The notes: a model not told the origin generated them from the letters alone. 64,000 nt of DNA from Eledone cirrhosa (GCA_964016885.1 OZ024743.1:142042001-142106000), one strand, 5' to 3'; shown: positions 24,801 to 38,600, counted from the stretch's first letter. Numbers and translations: made by a program.

Positions 24801-27800
24801 TTTGGTGCTTGGTGCTTGGTGCTTGGTGTTAGGTATTTGGTGCTTGGTGTTTGGTGTTTGGTTCTTCATGCTTGGTGCTTGGTGTTTGGTGCTTGGTGCT
24901 TGGTGTTTGGTGCTTGGTGCCTGGTGTATGGTGTTTGGTGCTTGATGCTTGGTGTTTGGTGTTTGGTGCTTGGTGTTTGGTGCTTGGTGCTTGGTGCTTG
25001 GTGTTAGGTGTTAGGTGTTTGATGCTTGGTGTTTGCTGTTTGGTGTTTGTTGTTTGCTGTTTGGTGTTTGGTCTTTGGTGCTTGGTCTTTGGTGCTTGGT
25101 GTTTGGTGCTTGGTGCATGGTGTTTGGTGTTTGGTGCTTGGTGCCTGGTGCTTGTTGTTTGGTGATTGGTGCTTGGTGTTTGCTGTTTGGTGTTTGGTGT
25201 TTGGTGTTTGCTGTTTTGTGTTTGGTGCTTGGTGCTTGGTGCTTGGTGTTTGGTGCTTGGTGCTTGGTGTTTGGTGCTTGGTGCTTGATGCTTGGTGTTT
25301 GTACTTGGTGCTTGGTGCTTGGTGTTTTGTGCTTGATTCTTGGTGTTTGGTGCTTGGTGCTTGGTGCTTAGTGCTTGGTGTTTGGTGTTTGGTGCTTGGT
25401 GTTTGGTGCTTGGTGCTTGGTGCTTGGTGTTAGGTGTTTGGTGATTGGTGTTTGGTGTTTGGTGCTTCATGCTTGGTGCTTGGTGTTTGGTGCTTGGTGC
25501 TTGGTGTTTGGTGCTTGGTGCCTGGTGCGTGGTGTTTGTTGCTTGGTGCTTGGTGTTTGGTGTTTGGTGCTTGGTGTTTGGTGCTTGGTGCTTGGTGTTA
25601 GGTGTTACGTGTTTGGTGCTTGGTGCTTGGTGCTTGGTGTTTGGTGTTTGGTGTTTGGCGCTTGCTGCTTGCTGCTTGGTGTTTGGTGCTTGGTGCTTGG
25701 TGTTTGGTGCTAGGTGCTTGGTGCTTGGTGCTTGGTGTTTGGTGTTTGGTGCTTGGGGCTTGGTGTTTGGTGCTTGGTGCTTCGTGTTTGGTGTTTGGTG
25801 CTTGGTGCTTGGTGCTTGGTGTTTGGTGTTTGGTGCTTGGTGTTTGGTGCTTGTTGCTTGGTGCTTGGTGCTTGGTGTTTGGTGCTTGGTGCTTGGTGCT
25901 TGGTGTTTGGTGCTTGGTGTTTGGTGCTTGGTGCTTGGTGTTAGGTGTTAGGTGTTTGGTGCTTGGTGCTTGGTGCTTGGTGTTTGGTGTTTGGTGTTTG
26001 GCGCTTGCTGCTTGCTGCTTGGTGTTTGGTGCTTGGTGCTTGGTGTTTGGTGCTAGGTGCTTGGTGCTTGGTGCTTGGTGTTTGGTGTTTGGTGCTTGGT
26101 ACTTGGGGCTTGGTGTTTGGTGCTTGGTGCTTCGTGTTTGGTGTTTGGTGTTTGGTGCTTGGTGCTTGGTGCTTGGTGCTTGGTGCTTGGTGTTTGGTGC
26201 TTGGTGCTTGGTGCTTGGTGTTTGGTGATTTGTGTTTGGTGTTTGGTGCTTGGTGCTTGGTGTTTGGTGCTTGGTGCTTGGTGCTTTGTGTTTGGTGTTA
26301 GGTGTTAGGTGTTTGGTGATTGGTGCTTGGTGTTTGGTGCTTGGTGCTTGATGTTTGGTGCTTGGTGCTTGGTGTTTGGTGCTTGGTGTTTGGTGCTTGG
26401 TACTTGGGGCTTGGTGTTTGGTGCTTGGTGCTTGGTGTTTGGTGCTTGGTGTTTGGTGTTTGGTGCTTGGTGTTTGGTGCTTGGTGCTTGGTGCTGGGTG
26501 GTTGGTGTTTGGTGCTTGGTGCTTGGTGTTTGGTGCTTGGTGCTTGGTGTTTGGTGCTTGGCGCTTGGTGCTTGGTCTTTGGTGCTTGGTGATTAGTGTT
26601 TGGTGCTTGGTGCTTGGGGTTTGGTGTTTGGTGCTTGGTGCTTGGTGTTTGGTGCTTGGTGCTTGGTGATTGGTGCTTGGTGTTTGGTTTTTGCTGTTTG
26701 GTGTTTGGTGTTTGCTGTTTGGTGTTTCCTGTTTGGTGTTTAGTTTTTGGTGCTTAGTGTTTGGTGCTTGGTGCTTGGTGTTTGGTGTTTGGTGCTTGGT
26801 GCTTGGTGTTTGGTGCTTGGTGCTTGTTGTTTGGTGATTGGTGCTTGGTGCTTGGTGTTTGGTGTTTGGTGCTTGGGGCTTGGTGTTTGGTGCTTGGTGC
26901 TTGGTGCTTGGTGCTTGGTGCTTGGTGTTTGGTGTTTGATGATTGGTGTTTGGTGTTTGGTGTTTGGTGCTTGGTGCTTGGTGTTTGGTGTTTGATGCTT
27001 CCTGCTTGATGCTTGGTGCTTGGTGCTTGGTGTTTGGTGCTTGGTGCTTGGTGTTTGGTGCTTGGTACTTGGTGTTTGGTTCTTGGTGTTTGCTGTTTGC
27101 TGTTTGGTGTTTGGTGTTTGCTGTTTGCTGTTTGGTGTCTGCTTTTTGGTGTTTGTTGTTTGCTCTATGGTGTTTGCTGTTTCATGTTTGGTGTTTGTTG
27201 TTTGGTGTTTGGTGCTTGGTGTTTGGTGCTTGGTGCTTGGTGTTTGGTGCTAGGTGCTTGGTGCTTGGTGCTTGGTGTTTGGTGTTTGGTGCTTGGTACT
27301 TGGGGCTTGGTGTTTGGTGCTTGGTGCTTCGTGCTTGGTGTTTGGTGCTTGGTGCTTGGTGTTTGGTGTTTGGTGCTTGGTGCCTGGTGCTTGTTGTTTG
27401 GTGATTGGTGCTTGGTGTTTGCTGTTTGGTGCTGCGTGCTTGGTGCTTGGTGCTTGGTGCTTGGTGCTTGGTGTTTTGTGTTTGGTGTTTGATGCTTGGT
27501 GTTTGGTGTTTGGTGCTTGTTGCTTGGTGTTTGGTGTTTGATGCTTGGTGCTTGATGCTTGGTGCTTGGTGCTTGGTGTTTGGTGCTTGGTGCTTGGTGT
27601 TTGTACTTTGTGTTTGGTGCTTGGTGTTTGGTGCTTGGTGCTTGGTGTTTGGTGCTTGGTGCTTGGTGTTTGGTGATTGGTGCTTGGTGTTTGGTGCTTG
27701 GTGCTTGGTGTTTGGTGTTTGGTGCTTGGTGTTTGGTGCTTGGTGCTTGGTGCTTGGTGTTACGTGTTTGGTGCTTCATGCCTGGTGCTTGGTGCTTGGT

Positions 27801-30800
27801 GCTTGGTGCTTGGTGTTTGGTGCTTGGTGCCTGGTGCGTGGTGTTTGTTGCTTGGTGCTTGGTGTTTGGTGTTTGGTGCTTGGTGTTTGGTGCTTGGTGC
27901 TTGGTGTTAGGTGTTAGGTGTTTGGTGCTTGGTGCTTGGTGCTTGGTGTTTGGTGTTTGGTGTTTGGCGCTTGCTGCTTGCTGCTTGGTGTTTGGTGCTT
28001 GGTGCTTGGTGTTTGGTGCTAGGTGCTTGGTGCTTGGTGCTTGGTGTTTGGTGTTTGGTGCTTGGTACTTGGGGCTTGGTGTTTGGTTCTTGGTGCTTCG
28101 TGTTTGGTGTTTGGTGCTTGGTGCTTGGTGTTTGGTGTTTGGTGCTTGGTGTTTGGTGCTTGGTGCTTGGTGCTTGGTGCTTGGTGTTTGGTGCTTGGTG
28201 CTTGGTGCTTGGTGTTTGGTGATTGGTGTTTGGTGTTTGGTGCTTGGTGCTTGGTGTTTGGTGCTTGGTGCTTGGTGATTAGTGTTTGGTGCTTGGTGCT
28301 TGGGGTTTGGTGTTTGGTGCTTGGTGCTTGGTGCTTGGTGCTTGGTTCTTGGTGTTTGGTGCTTGGTGCTTGGTGCTTGGTGTTTGGTGCTTGGTGCTTG
28401 GTGTTTGGTGCTTGGTGTATGGTGCTTGGTGTTTGGTGCTTGGTGCTTGGTGCTTGGTGCATGGTGCTTGGTGTTTGGTGCTTGGTGTTTGGTGCTTGGT
28501 GTTAGGAGTTTGGTGCTTGGTGCTTGGTGTTTGGTGCTTGGTATTTGGTGCTTGGTGCTTGGTGTTTGGTGTTTGGTGCTTGGTGTTTGGTGCTTGCTAC
28601 GTGGTGCTTGGTGCTTGGTGTTAGGTGTTTGGTGCTTGGTGCGTGGTGTTTGGTTTTTGGTGCTTGGTGCTTGGTGTTTGGTGTTTGGTGCTTGCTGCTG
28701 GCTGCTTGGTGTTTGGTGCTTGGTGATTGGTGCTTGGTGTTTGGTGCTTGGTGTTTGGTGTTTGGTGCTAGGTGCTTGGTGCTTGGTGTTTGGTGATGAT
28801 TGGTGCTTGGTGTTTGGTGTTTGGTGCTTGGTGCTTGGTGTTTGGTGCTTGGTGCTGGGTGGTTGGTGTTTGGTGCTTGGTGTTTGGTGCTGGGTGCTTG
28901 GTGTTTGGTGCTTGGTGCTTGGTCTTTGGTGCTTGGTGTTTGGTGTTTGGTGCTTGGTGCTTGGTGCTTGGTGTTTGGTGCTTGGTGCTTGGTGTTTGGT
29001 GCTTGGTGCTTAGTGTTTGGTGCTAGGTGTTTGGGGTTTGGTGTTTGATGCTTGGTGTTTGGTGCTTGGTGCTTGGTGTTTGGTGTTTGGTGTTTGGTGC
29101 TTGGTGCTTGGTATTTGGTGTTTGCTGTTTACTGTTTGGTGTTTGTTGTTTGGTGTTTGTTGTTTGGTGTTTGTTGTTTGGTGTTTGTTGTTTGGTGTTT
29201 GCTGTTTGGTGTTTGGTGTTTGTTGTTTGGTGTTTGCTGTTTGGTGTCTGCTTTTTGGTGTTTGGTGTTTGCTGTATGTTGTTTGCTGTTTGGTGTTTGG
29301 TGTTTGGTATTTGGTGTTTGGTGCTTGGTGCTTGGTGTTTGGTGCTTGGTGCTTGGTGTTTGGTGCCTGGTGCTTGGTGCTTGGTGTTTGGTGTTTGGTG
29401 CTTGGTGCTTGGTGCTTGGAGTTTGGTGTTTGGTGCTTGTTGCTTGGTGTTTTGTGTTTGGTGTTTGGTTTTTGGTGCTTGGTGCTTGGTGCTTGGTCCT
29501 TGGTGTTTGGTGCTGGGTGCTTTGTGTTTGGTGCTTGGTGCTTCGTGCTTGGTGTTTGGTGTTTGCTGCTTGGTGTTTGGTGCTTGGTGCTTGGTGCTTG
29601 GTGTTTTGTGTTTGGTGCTTGGTGCTTGGTGTTTGTACTTGGTGCTTGGTGCTTGGTGTTTGGTTCTTGGTTCTTGGTGTTTGGTACTTGGTGCTTGCTG
29701 CTTGGTGCTTGGTGTTTGGTGCTTGGTGTTTGGTGCTTGGTGCTTGGTGTTTGGTGCTTGGTGTTTGGTGTTTGGTGCTTGGTGCTTGGTGTTTGGTGTT
29801 TGGTGTTTGCTGTTTGCTGTTTGCTGTTTGGTGTCTGCTTTTTGGAGTTTGGTGTTTGCTGTTTCGTGTTTGGTGTTTGGTCTTTGGTGCTTGGTGTTTG
29901 GTGCTTGGTGCTTGGTGTTTGGTGTTTGGTGCTTGGTGCTTGGTGTTTGGTGTTTGGTGCTTGGTGCTTGGTGCTTGGTATTTGGTGTTTGGTGCTTGGT
30001 GTCTGGTGCTTGGTGTTTGGTGCTTGGTGTTTGGTGTTTGGTGTTTGGTGCTTGGTGCTTGGTATTTGGTGTTTGGTGCTTGGTGTCTGGTGCTTGGTGT
30101 TTGGTGCTTGGTGTTTGGTGTTTGGTGTTTGGTGCTTGGTGCTTGGTGTTTGGTGTTTGGTGTTTGGTGTTTGGTGTTTGCTGTTTGGTGTCTGCTTTTT
30201 GGTGTTTGGTGTTTGCTGTATGGTGTTTGCTGTTTCGTGTTTGGTGTTTGCTGTTTGGTGTTTGGTGTTTGCTGTTTGGTGTTTGGTCTTTGGTGCTTGG
30301 TGTTTGGTGCTTGGTGTTTGGTGTTTGGTGCTTGGTGCTTGGTGTTTGGTATTTGGTGCTTGGTGCTTGGTGCTTGGTGTTTGGTGTTTGGTGCTTGGTG
30401 CTTGGTGCTTGGTGTTTGGTGCTTGGTGCTTGGTGTTTGGTGCTGGGTGCTTGGTGTTTGGTGCTTGGTGCTTGGTGCTTGGTATTTGGTGTTTGCTGCT
30501 TGGTGTCTGGTGCTTGGTGTTTGGTGCTTGGTGTTTGGTGTTTGGTGTTTGGTGCTTGGTGCTTGGTGTTTGGTGTTTGGTGCTTGGTGTTTGGTGTTTG
30601 GTGTTTGGTGCTTGTTGCTTGGTGCTTGGTGCTTGGTGTTTGGTGCTTGGTGCTTGGTGTTTGGTGCTGGGTGCTGGGTGCTTGGTGCTTGGTGCATGGT
30701 GCTTGGTGCTTGGTGTTTGGTGTTTGGTGCTTGGTGCTTGGTGTTTGGTGTTATATGCTTGGTGTTTGATGCTTGGTGCTTGGTGCTTGGTGTTTGGTGT

Positions 30801-33800
30801 TTGGTGCTTGGTGTTTGATGCTTGGTGCTTGGAGCTTGGTGTTTGGTGCTTGGTGCTTGGTGTTTGTACTTGGTGCTTCGTGCTTGGTTCTTGGTGTTTG
30901 GTGCTTGGTGCTTGGTGCTTGGTGTTTGGTGCTTGGTGCCTGGTGTTTGGTGCTTGGTGTTTGGTGCTTGGTGTTTGGTGCTTGGTGCTTGGTGCTTGGT
31001 GCATGGTGCTTGGTGTTTGGTGCTTGGTGTTTGGTGCTTGGTGTTAGGTGTTTGGTGCTTGGTGCTTGGTGTTTGGTGTTTGGTGCTTGGTGTTTGGTGC
31101 TTGGTGCTTGGTGTTTGGTGTTTGGTGCTTGGTGTTTGGTGCTTGCTACGTGGTGCTTGGTGCTTGGTGTTAGGTGTTTGGTGCTTGGTGCGTGGTGTTT
31201 GGTTTTTGGTGCTTGGTGCTTGGTGTTTGGTGTTTGGTGCTTGCTGCTGGCTGCTTGGTGTTTGGTGCTGGGTGATTGGTGCTTGGTGTTTGGTGCTTGG
31301 TGTTTGGTGTTTGGTGCTAGGTGCTTGGTGCTTGGTGTTTGGTGCTTGGTGCTTGGTGTTTGATGTTTGGTGCTTTGTGCTTGGTGTTTGGTGCTTGGTG
31401 CTGGGTGGTTGGTGTTTGGTGCTTGGTGTTTGGTGCTGGGTGCTTGGTGTTTGGTGCTTGGTGCTTGGTCTTTGGTGCTTGGTGTTTGGTGTTTGGTGCT
31501 TGGTGCTTGGTGCTTGGTGTTTGGTGCTTGGTGCTTGCTGTTTGGTGCTTGGTGCTTAGTGTTTGGTGCTAGGTGCTTGGGGTTTGGTGTTTGGTGCTTG
31601 GTGCTTGGTGTTTGGTGCTTGGTGCTTGGTGCTTGGTCTTTGGTGTTTGCTGTTTGCTGTTTGGTGTCTGCTTTTTGGTGTTTGGTGTTTGCTCTATGGT
31701 GTTTGCTGTTTCATGTTTGGTGTTTGCTGTTTGGTGTTTGGTGTTTGCTGTTTGGTGTTTGGTCTTTGGTGCTTGGTCTTTGGTGCTTGGTGTTTGGTGC
31801 TTGGTGCTTGGTGTTTGGTGTTTGGTGCTTGGTGCCTGGTGCTTGTTGTTTGGTGATTGGTGCTTGGTGTTTGCTGTTTGGTGTTTGGTGTTTGGTGTTT
31901 GCTGTTTGGTGTTTGGTGCTTGGTGCTTGGTGCTTGGTGTTTGGTGCTTGGTGCTTGGTGCCTGGTGCTTGTTGTTTGGTGATTGGTGCTTGGTGTTTGC
32001 TGTTTGGTGTTTGGTGTTTGGTGTTTGCTGTTTGGTGTTTGGTGCTTGGTGTTTGATGCTTGGTGCTTGGTGCTTGGTGTTTGGTGTTTGGTGTTTGCTG
32101 TTTGGTGTTTGGTGCTTGGTGCTTAGTGCTTGGTGTTTGGTGCTTGGTGTTTGGTGCTTGGTGCTTGATGGTTGGTGTTTGTACTTGGTGCTTGGTGCTT
32201 GATGTTTTGTGCTTGATTCTTGGTGTTTGGTGCTAGGTGTTTGCTGCTTAGTGCTTGGTGTTTGGTGTTTGGTGCTTGGTGTTTGGTGCTTCATGCTTGG
32301 TGCTTGGTGTTTGGTGCTTGGTGCTTGGTGTTTGGTGGTTGGTGCCTGGTGCATGGTGTTTGGTGCTTGATGCTTGGTGTTTGGTGTTTGGTGCTTGGTG
32401 TTTGGTGCTTGGTGCTTGGTGCTTGGTGTTAGGTGTTAGGTGTTTGATGCTTGGTGTTTGCTGTTTGGTGTTTGTTGGTTGCTGTTTGGTGTTTGGTCTT
32501 TGGTGCTTGGTCTTTGGTGCTTGGTGTTTGGTGCTTGGTGCTTGGTGTTTGGTGTTTGGTGCTTGGTGCCTGGTGCTTGTTGTTTGGTGATTGGTGCTTG
32601 GTGTTTGCTGTTTGGTGTTTGGTGTTTGGTGTTTGCTGTTTTGTGTTTGGTGCTTGGTGCTTGGTGCTTGGTGTTTGGTGCTTGGTGCTTGGTGTTTGGT
32701 GCTTGGTGCTTGATGCTTGGTGTTTGTACTTGGTGCTTGGTGCTTGGTGTTTTGTGCTTGATTCTTGGTGTTTGGTGCTTGGTGTTTGGTGCTTAGTGCT
32801 TGGTGTTTGGTGTTTGGTGCTTGGTGTTTGGTGCTTGGTGCTTGGTGCTTGGTGTTTGGTGCTTGGTGCCTGGTGCATGGTGTTTGGTGCTTGATGCTTG
32901 GTGTTTGGTGTTTGGTGCTTGGTGTTTGGTGCTTGGTGCTTGGTGCTTGGTGTTAGGTGTTAGGTGTTTGGTGATTGGTGCTTGGTGTTTGGTGCTTGGT
33001 GCTTGATGTTTGGTGCTTGGTGCTTGGTGTTTGGTGCTTGGTGTTTGGTGCTTGGTACTTGGGGCCTGGTGTTTGGTGCTTGGTGCTTGGTGTTTGGTGC
33101 TTGGTGTTTGGTGTTTGGTGCTTGGTGTTTGGTGCTTGGTGCTTGGTGCTGGGTGGTTGGTGTTTGGTGCTTGGTGCTTGGTGTTTGGTGCTTGGTGCTT
33201 GGTGTTTGGTGCTTGGCGCTTGGTGCTTGGTCTTTGGTGCTTGGTGATTAGTGTTTGGTGCTTGGTGCTTGGGGTTTGGTGTTTGGTGCTTGGTGCTTGG
33301 TGTTTGGTGCTTGGTGTTTGGTGCTTGGTGTTTGGTTTTTGCTGTTTGGTGTTTGGTGTTTGCTGTTTGCTGTTTGCTGTTTGGTGTCTGCTTTTTGGTG
33401 TTTGGTGTTTGCTGTATCGTGTTTGCTGTTTCGTGTTTATTGTTTGCTGTTTGGTGTTTGGTGTTTGGTGTTTGGTGTTTCCTGTTTGGTGTTTAGTCTT
33501 TGGTGCTTGGTGTTTGGTGCTTGGTGCTTGGTGTTTGGTGTTTGGTGCTTGGTGCTTGGTGTTTGGTGCTTGGTGCTTGTTGTTTGGTGATTGGTGCTTG
33601 GTGCTTGGTGTTTGGTGTTTGGTGCTTGGGGCTTGGTGTTTGGTGCTTGGTGCTTGGTGCTTGGTGCTTGGTGTTTGGTGTTTGATGATTGGTGTTTGGT
33701 GTTTGGTGTTTGGTGCTTGGTGCTTGGTGTTTGGTGTTTGATGCTTCCTGCTTGATGCTTGGTGCTTGGTGCTTGGTGTTTGGTGCTTGGTGCTTGGTGT

Positions 33801-36800
33801 TTGGTGCTTGGTACTTGGTGTTTGGTTCTTGGTGTTTGCCGTTTGCTGTTTGGTGTTTGGTGTTTGCTGTTTGCTGTTTGGTGTCTGCTTTTTGGTGTTT
33901 GTTGTTTGGTGCTGGGTGCTTGGTGTTTGGTGCTTGGTGCTTGGTCTTTGGTGCTTGGTGTTTGGTGTTTGGTGCTTGGTGCTTGGTGCTTGGTGTTTGG
34001 TGCTTGGTGCTTGGTGTTTGGTGCTTGGTGCTTAGTGTTTGGTGCTAGGTGCTTGGGGTTTGGTGTTTGGTGCTTGGTGCTTGGTGTTTGGTGCTTGGTG
34101 CTTGGTGCTTGGTCTTTGCTGTTTGGTGTTTAGTGCTTGGTGCTTGGTGCATGGTGTTTGGTGCTTGGTGCTTGGTGCATTGTGATTAGTGTTTGGTGCT
34201 TGGTGCTTGGGGTTTGGTGTTTGGTGCTTGGTGCTTGGTATTTGGTGCTTGGTACTTGGTGTTTGGTGCTTGGTGTTTGCTGTTTGCTGTTTGCTGTTTT
34301 TGGTGTTTGCTGTTTGCTGTTTGGTGTCTGCTTTTTGGTGTTTGGTGTTTGCTCTATGGTGTTTGCTGTTTCATGTTTGGTGTTTGCTGTTTGGTGTTTG
34401 GTGTTTGCTGTTTGGTGTTTGGTCTTTGGTGCTTGGTCTTTGGTGCCTGGTGTTTGGTGCTTGGTGCTTGGTGTTTGGTGTTTGGTGCTTGGCGCCTGGT
34501 GCTTGTTGTTTCGTGATTGGTGCTTGGTGTTTGCTGTTTGGTGTTTGGTGTTTGGTGTTTGCTGTTTGGTGTTTGGTGCTTGGTGCTTGGTGCTTGGTGT
34601 TTGGTGCTTGGTGCTTGGTGTTTGGTGCTTGGTGCTTGGTGTTTGGTGCTTGGTGCCTGGTGCTTGTTGTTTGGTGATTGGTGCTTGGTGTTTGCTGTTT
34701 GGTGTTTGGTGTTTGGTGTTTGCTGTTTGGTGTTTGGTGCTGGGTGCTTGGTGTTTGGTGTTTGATGCTTGGTGTTTGATGCTTGGTGCTTGGTGCTTGG
34801 TGTTTGGTGTTTGGTGCTTGGTGTTTGGTGCTTGGTGCTTGATGGTTGGTGTTTGTACTTGGTGCTTGGTGCTTGGTGTTTTGTGCTTGATTCTTGGTGT
34901 TTGGTGCTAGGTGTTTGCTGCTTAGTGCTTGGTGTTTGGTGTTTGGTGCTTGGTGTTTGGTGCTTGGTGTTTGGTGCTTGGTGCTTGGTGTTTGGTGCTT
35001 GGTGCTTGGTGTTTGGTGCTTGGTGCCTGGTGCTTGTTGTTTGGTGATTGGTGCTTGGTGTTTGCTGTTTGGTGTTTGGTGTTTGGTGTTTGCTGTTTGG
35101 TGTTTGGTGCTGGGTGCTTGGTGTTTGGTGTTTGATGCTTGGTGTTTGATGCTTGGTGCTTGGTGCTTGGTGTTTGGTGTTTGGTGTTTGCTGTTTGGTG
35201 TTTGGTGCTTGGTGCTTGGTGCTTGGTGTTTGGTGCTTGGTGTTTGGTGCTTGGTGCTTGATGGTTGGTGTTTGTACTTGGTGCTTGGTGCTTGGTGTTT
35301 TGTGCTTGATTCTTGGTGTTTGGTGCTAGGTGTTTGCTGCTTAGTGCTTGGTGTTTGGTGTTTGGTGCGTGGTGTTTGGTGCTTGGTGCTTGGTGCTTGG
35401 TGTTAGGTATTTGGTGCTTGGTGTTTGGTGTTTGGTGCTTCATGCTTGGTGCTTGGTGTTTGGTGCTTGGTGCTTGGTGTTTGGTGCTTCGTGCCTGGTG
35501 CATGGTGTTTGGTGCTTGATGCTTGGTGTTTGGTGTTTGGTGCTTGGTGTTTGGTGCTTGGTGCTTGGTGCTTGGTGTTAGGTGTTAGGTGTTTGATGCT
35601 TGGTGTTTGCTGTTTGGTGTTTGTTGTTTGCTGTTTGGTGTTTGGTCTTTGGTGCTTGGTCTTTGGTGCTTGGTGTTTGGTGCTTGGTGTTTGGTGTTTG
35701 GTGCTTGGTGCCTGGTGCTTGTTGTTTGGTGATTGGTGCTTGGTGTTTGCTGTTTGGTGTTTGGTGTTTGGTGTTTGCTGTTTTGTGTTTGGTGCTTGGT
35801 GCTTGGTGCTTGGTGTTTGGTGCTTGGTGCTTGGTGTTTGGTGCTTGGTGCTTGATGCTTGGTGTTTGTACTTGGTGCTTGGTGCTTGGTGTTTTGTGCT
35901 TGATTCTTGGTGTTTGGTGCTTGGTGTTTGGTGCTTAGTGCTTGGTGTTTGGTGTTTGGTGCTTGGTGTTTGGTGCTTGGTGCATGGTGCTTGGTGTTAG
36001 GTGTTTGGTGCTTGGTGTTTGGTGTTTGGTGCTTCGTGCTTGGTGCTTGGTGTTTGGTGCTTGGTGCTTGGTGTTTGGTGCTTGGTGCTTGGTGCATGGT
36101 GTTTGGTGCTTGATGCTTGGTGTTTGGTGTTTGGTGCTTGGTGTTTGGTGCTTGGTGCTTTGTGTTTGGTGTTAGGTGTTAGGTGTTTGGTGATTGGTGC
36201 TTGGTGTTTGTTGCTTGGTGCTTGATGTTTGGTGCTTGGTGCTTGGTGTTTGGTGCTTGGTGTTTGGTGCTTGGTACTTGGGGCTTGGTGTTTGGTGCTT
36301 GGTGCTTGGTGTTTGGTGCTTGGTGTTTGGGGTTTGGTGCTTGGTGTTTGGTGCTTGGTGCTTGGTGCTGGGTGGTTGGTGTTTGGTGCTTGGTGCTTGG
36401 TGTTTGGTGCTTGGTGCTTGGTGTTTGGTGCTTGGCGCTTGGTGCTTGGTCTTTGGTGCTTGGTGATTAGTGTTTGGTGCTTGGTGCTTGGGGTTTGGTG
36501 TTTGGTGCTTGGTGCTTGGTGTTTGGTGCTTGGTGCTTGGTGTTTGGTGCTTGGTGTTTGGTTTTTGCTGTTTGGTGTCTGGTGTTTGCTGTTTGCTGTT
36601 TGCTGTTTGGTGTCTGCTTTTTGGTGTTTGGTGTTTGCTGTATCGTGTTTGATGTTTCGTGTTTATTGTTTGCTGTTTGGTGCTTGGTGCTTGGTGTTTG
36701 GTGTTTGGTGCTTGGTGCTTGGTGTTTGGTGCTTGGTGCTTGTTGTTTGGTGATTGGTGCTTGGTGCTTGGTGTTTGGTGTTTGGTGCTTGGGGCTTGGT

Positions 36801-38600
36801 GTTTGGTGCTTGGTGCTTGGTGCTTGGTGCTTGGTGCTTGGTGTTTGGTGTTTGATGATTGGTGTTTGGTGTTTGGTGTTTGGTGCTTGGTGCTTGGTGT
36901 TTGGTGTTTGATGCTTCCTGCTTGATGCTTGGTGCTTGGTGCTTGGTGTTTGGTGCTTGGTGCTTGGTGTTTGGTGCTTGGTACTTGGTGTTTGGTTCTT
37001 GGTGTTTGCTGTTTGCTGTTTGGTGTTTGGTGTTTGCTGTTTGCTGTTTGGTGTCTGCTTTTTGGTGTTTGTTGTTTGCTCTATGGTGTTTGCTGTTTCA
37101 TGTTTGGTGTTTGCTGTTTGGTGTTTGTTGTTTGGTGTTTGGTGCTTGGTGTTTGGTGCTTGGTGCTTGGTGTTTGGTGCTAGGTGCTTGGTGCTTGGTG
37201 CTTGGTGTTTGGTGTTTGGTGCTTGGTACTTGGGGCTTGGTGTTTGGTGCTTGGTGCTTCGTGCTTGGTGTTTGGTGCTTGGTGCTTGGTGTTTGGTGTT
37301 TGGTGCTTGGTGCCTGGTGCTTGTTGTTTGGTGATTGGTGCTTGGTGTTTGCTGTTTGGTGCTGCGTGCTCGGTGCTTGGTGCTTGGTGCTTGGTGCTTG
37401 GTGTTTTGTGTTTGGTGTTTGATGCTTGGTGTTTGGTGTTTGGTGCTTGGAGCTTGGTGTTTGGTGTTTGATGCTTGGTGCTTGATGCTTGGTGCTTGGT
37501 GCTTGGTGTTTGGTGCTTGGTGCTTGGTGTTTGTACTTGGTGTTTGGTGCTTGGTGTTTGGAGCTTGGTGCTTGGTGTTTGGTGCATGGTGCTTGGTGTT
37601 TGGTGTTTGGTGCTTGGTGTTTGGTGCTTGGTGCTTGGTGCTTGGTGTTTGGTGCTTGGTGCTTGGTGTTAGGTGTTAGGTGTTTGGTGCTTGGTGCTTG
37701 GTGCTTGGTGTTTGGTGTTTGGTGTTTGGCGCTTGCTGCTTGCTGCTTGGTGTTTGGTGCTTGGTGATTGGTGCTTGGTGTTTGGTGCTTGGTGCTTGGT
37801 GTTTGGTGCTTGGTGGCTGGTGCGTGGTGTTTGTTGCTTGGTGCTTGGTGTTTGGTGTTTGGTGCTTGGTGTTTGGTGCTTGGTGCTTGGTGTTAGGTGT
37901 TAGGTGTTTGGTGCTTGGTGCTTGGTGCTTGGTGTTTGGTGTTTGGTGTTTGGCGCTTGCTGCTTGCTGCTTGGTGTTTGGTGCTTGGTGATTGGTGCTT
38001 GGTGTTTGGTGCTTGGTGCTTGGTGTTTGGTGCTAGGTGCTTGGTGCTTGGTGCTTGGTGTTTGGTGTTTGGTGCTTGGTACTTGGGGCTTGGTGTTTGG
38101 TGCTTGGTGCTTCATGTTTGGTGTTTGGTGCTTGGTGCTTGGTGTTTGGTGTTTTGTGCTTGGTGTTTGGTGCTTGGTGCTTGGTGCTTGGTGCTTGGTG
38201 TTTGGTGCTTGGTGCTTGGTGCTTGGTGTTTGGTGATTGGTGTTTGGTGTTTGGTGCTTGGTGCTTGGTGTTTGGTGCTTGGTGCTTGGTGATTAGTGTT
38301 TGGTGCTTGGTGCTTGGGGTTTGGTGTTTGGTGCTTCGTGCTTGGTGCTTGGTGCTTGGTTCTTGGTGTTTGGTGCTTGGTGCTTGGTGCTTGGTGTTTG
38401 GTGCTTGGTGCTTGGTGTTTGGTGCTTGGTGTTTGGTGCTTGGTGTTTGGTGCTTGGTGCTCGGTGCTTGGTGCTTGGTGCTTGGTGTTTGGTGCTTGGT
38501 GTTTGGTGCTTGGTGTTAGGAGTTTGGTGCTTGGTGCTTGGTGTTTGGTGTTTGGTGCTTGGTATTTGGTGCTTAGTGCTTGGTGTTAGGAGTTTGGTGC
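18600..38600 (+). repeat. About 10 kb tandem segmental duplication (about 18.6-28.6 kb matches about 28.8-38.6 kb) with internal block gains and losses
   Basis: Collinear pairs 18805/29017, TATATGC 20491/30752, 21011/31321, 22726/32964, 23013/33251, 23451/33689, 23934/34137, 26309/36183, 28023/38037, 28282/38296 (offsets 9.87-10.31 kb). Confidence 0.85.
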
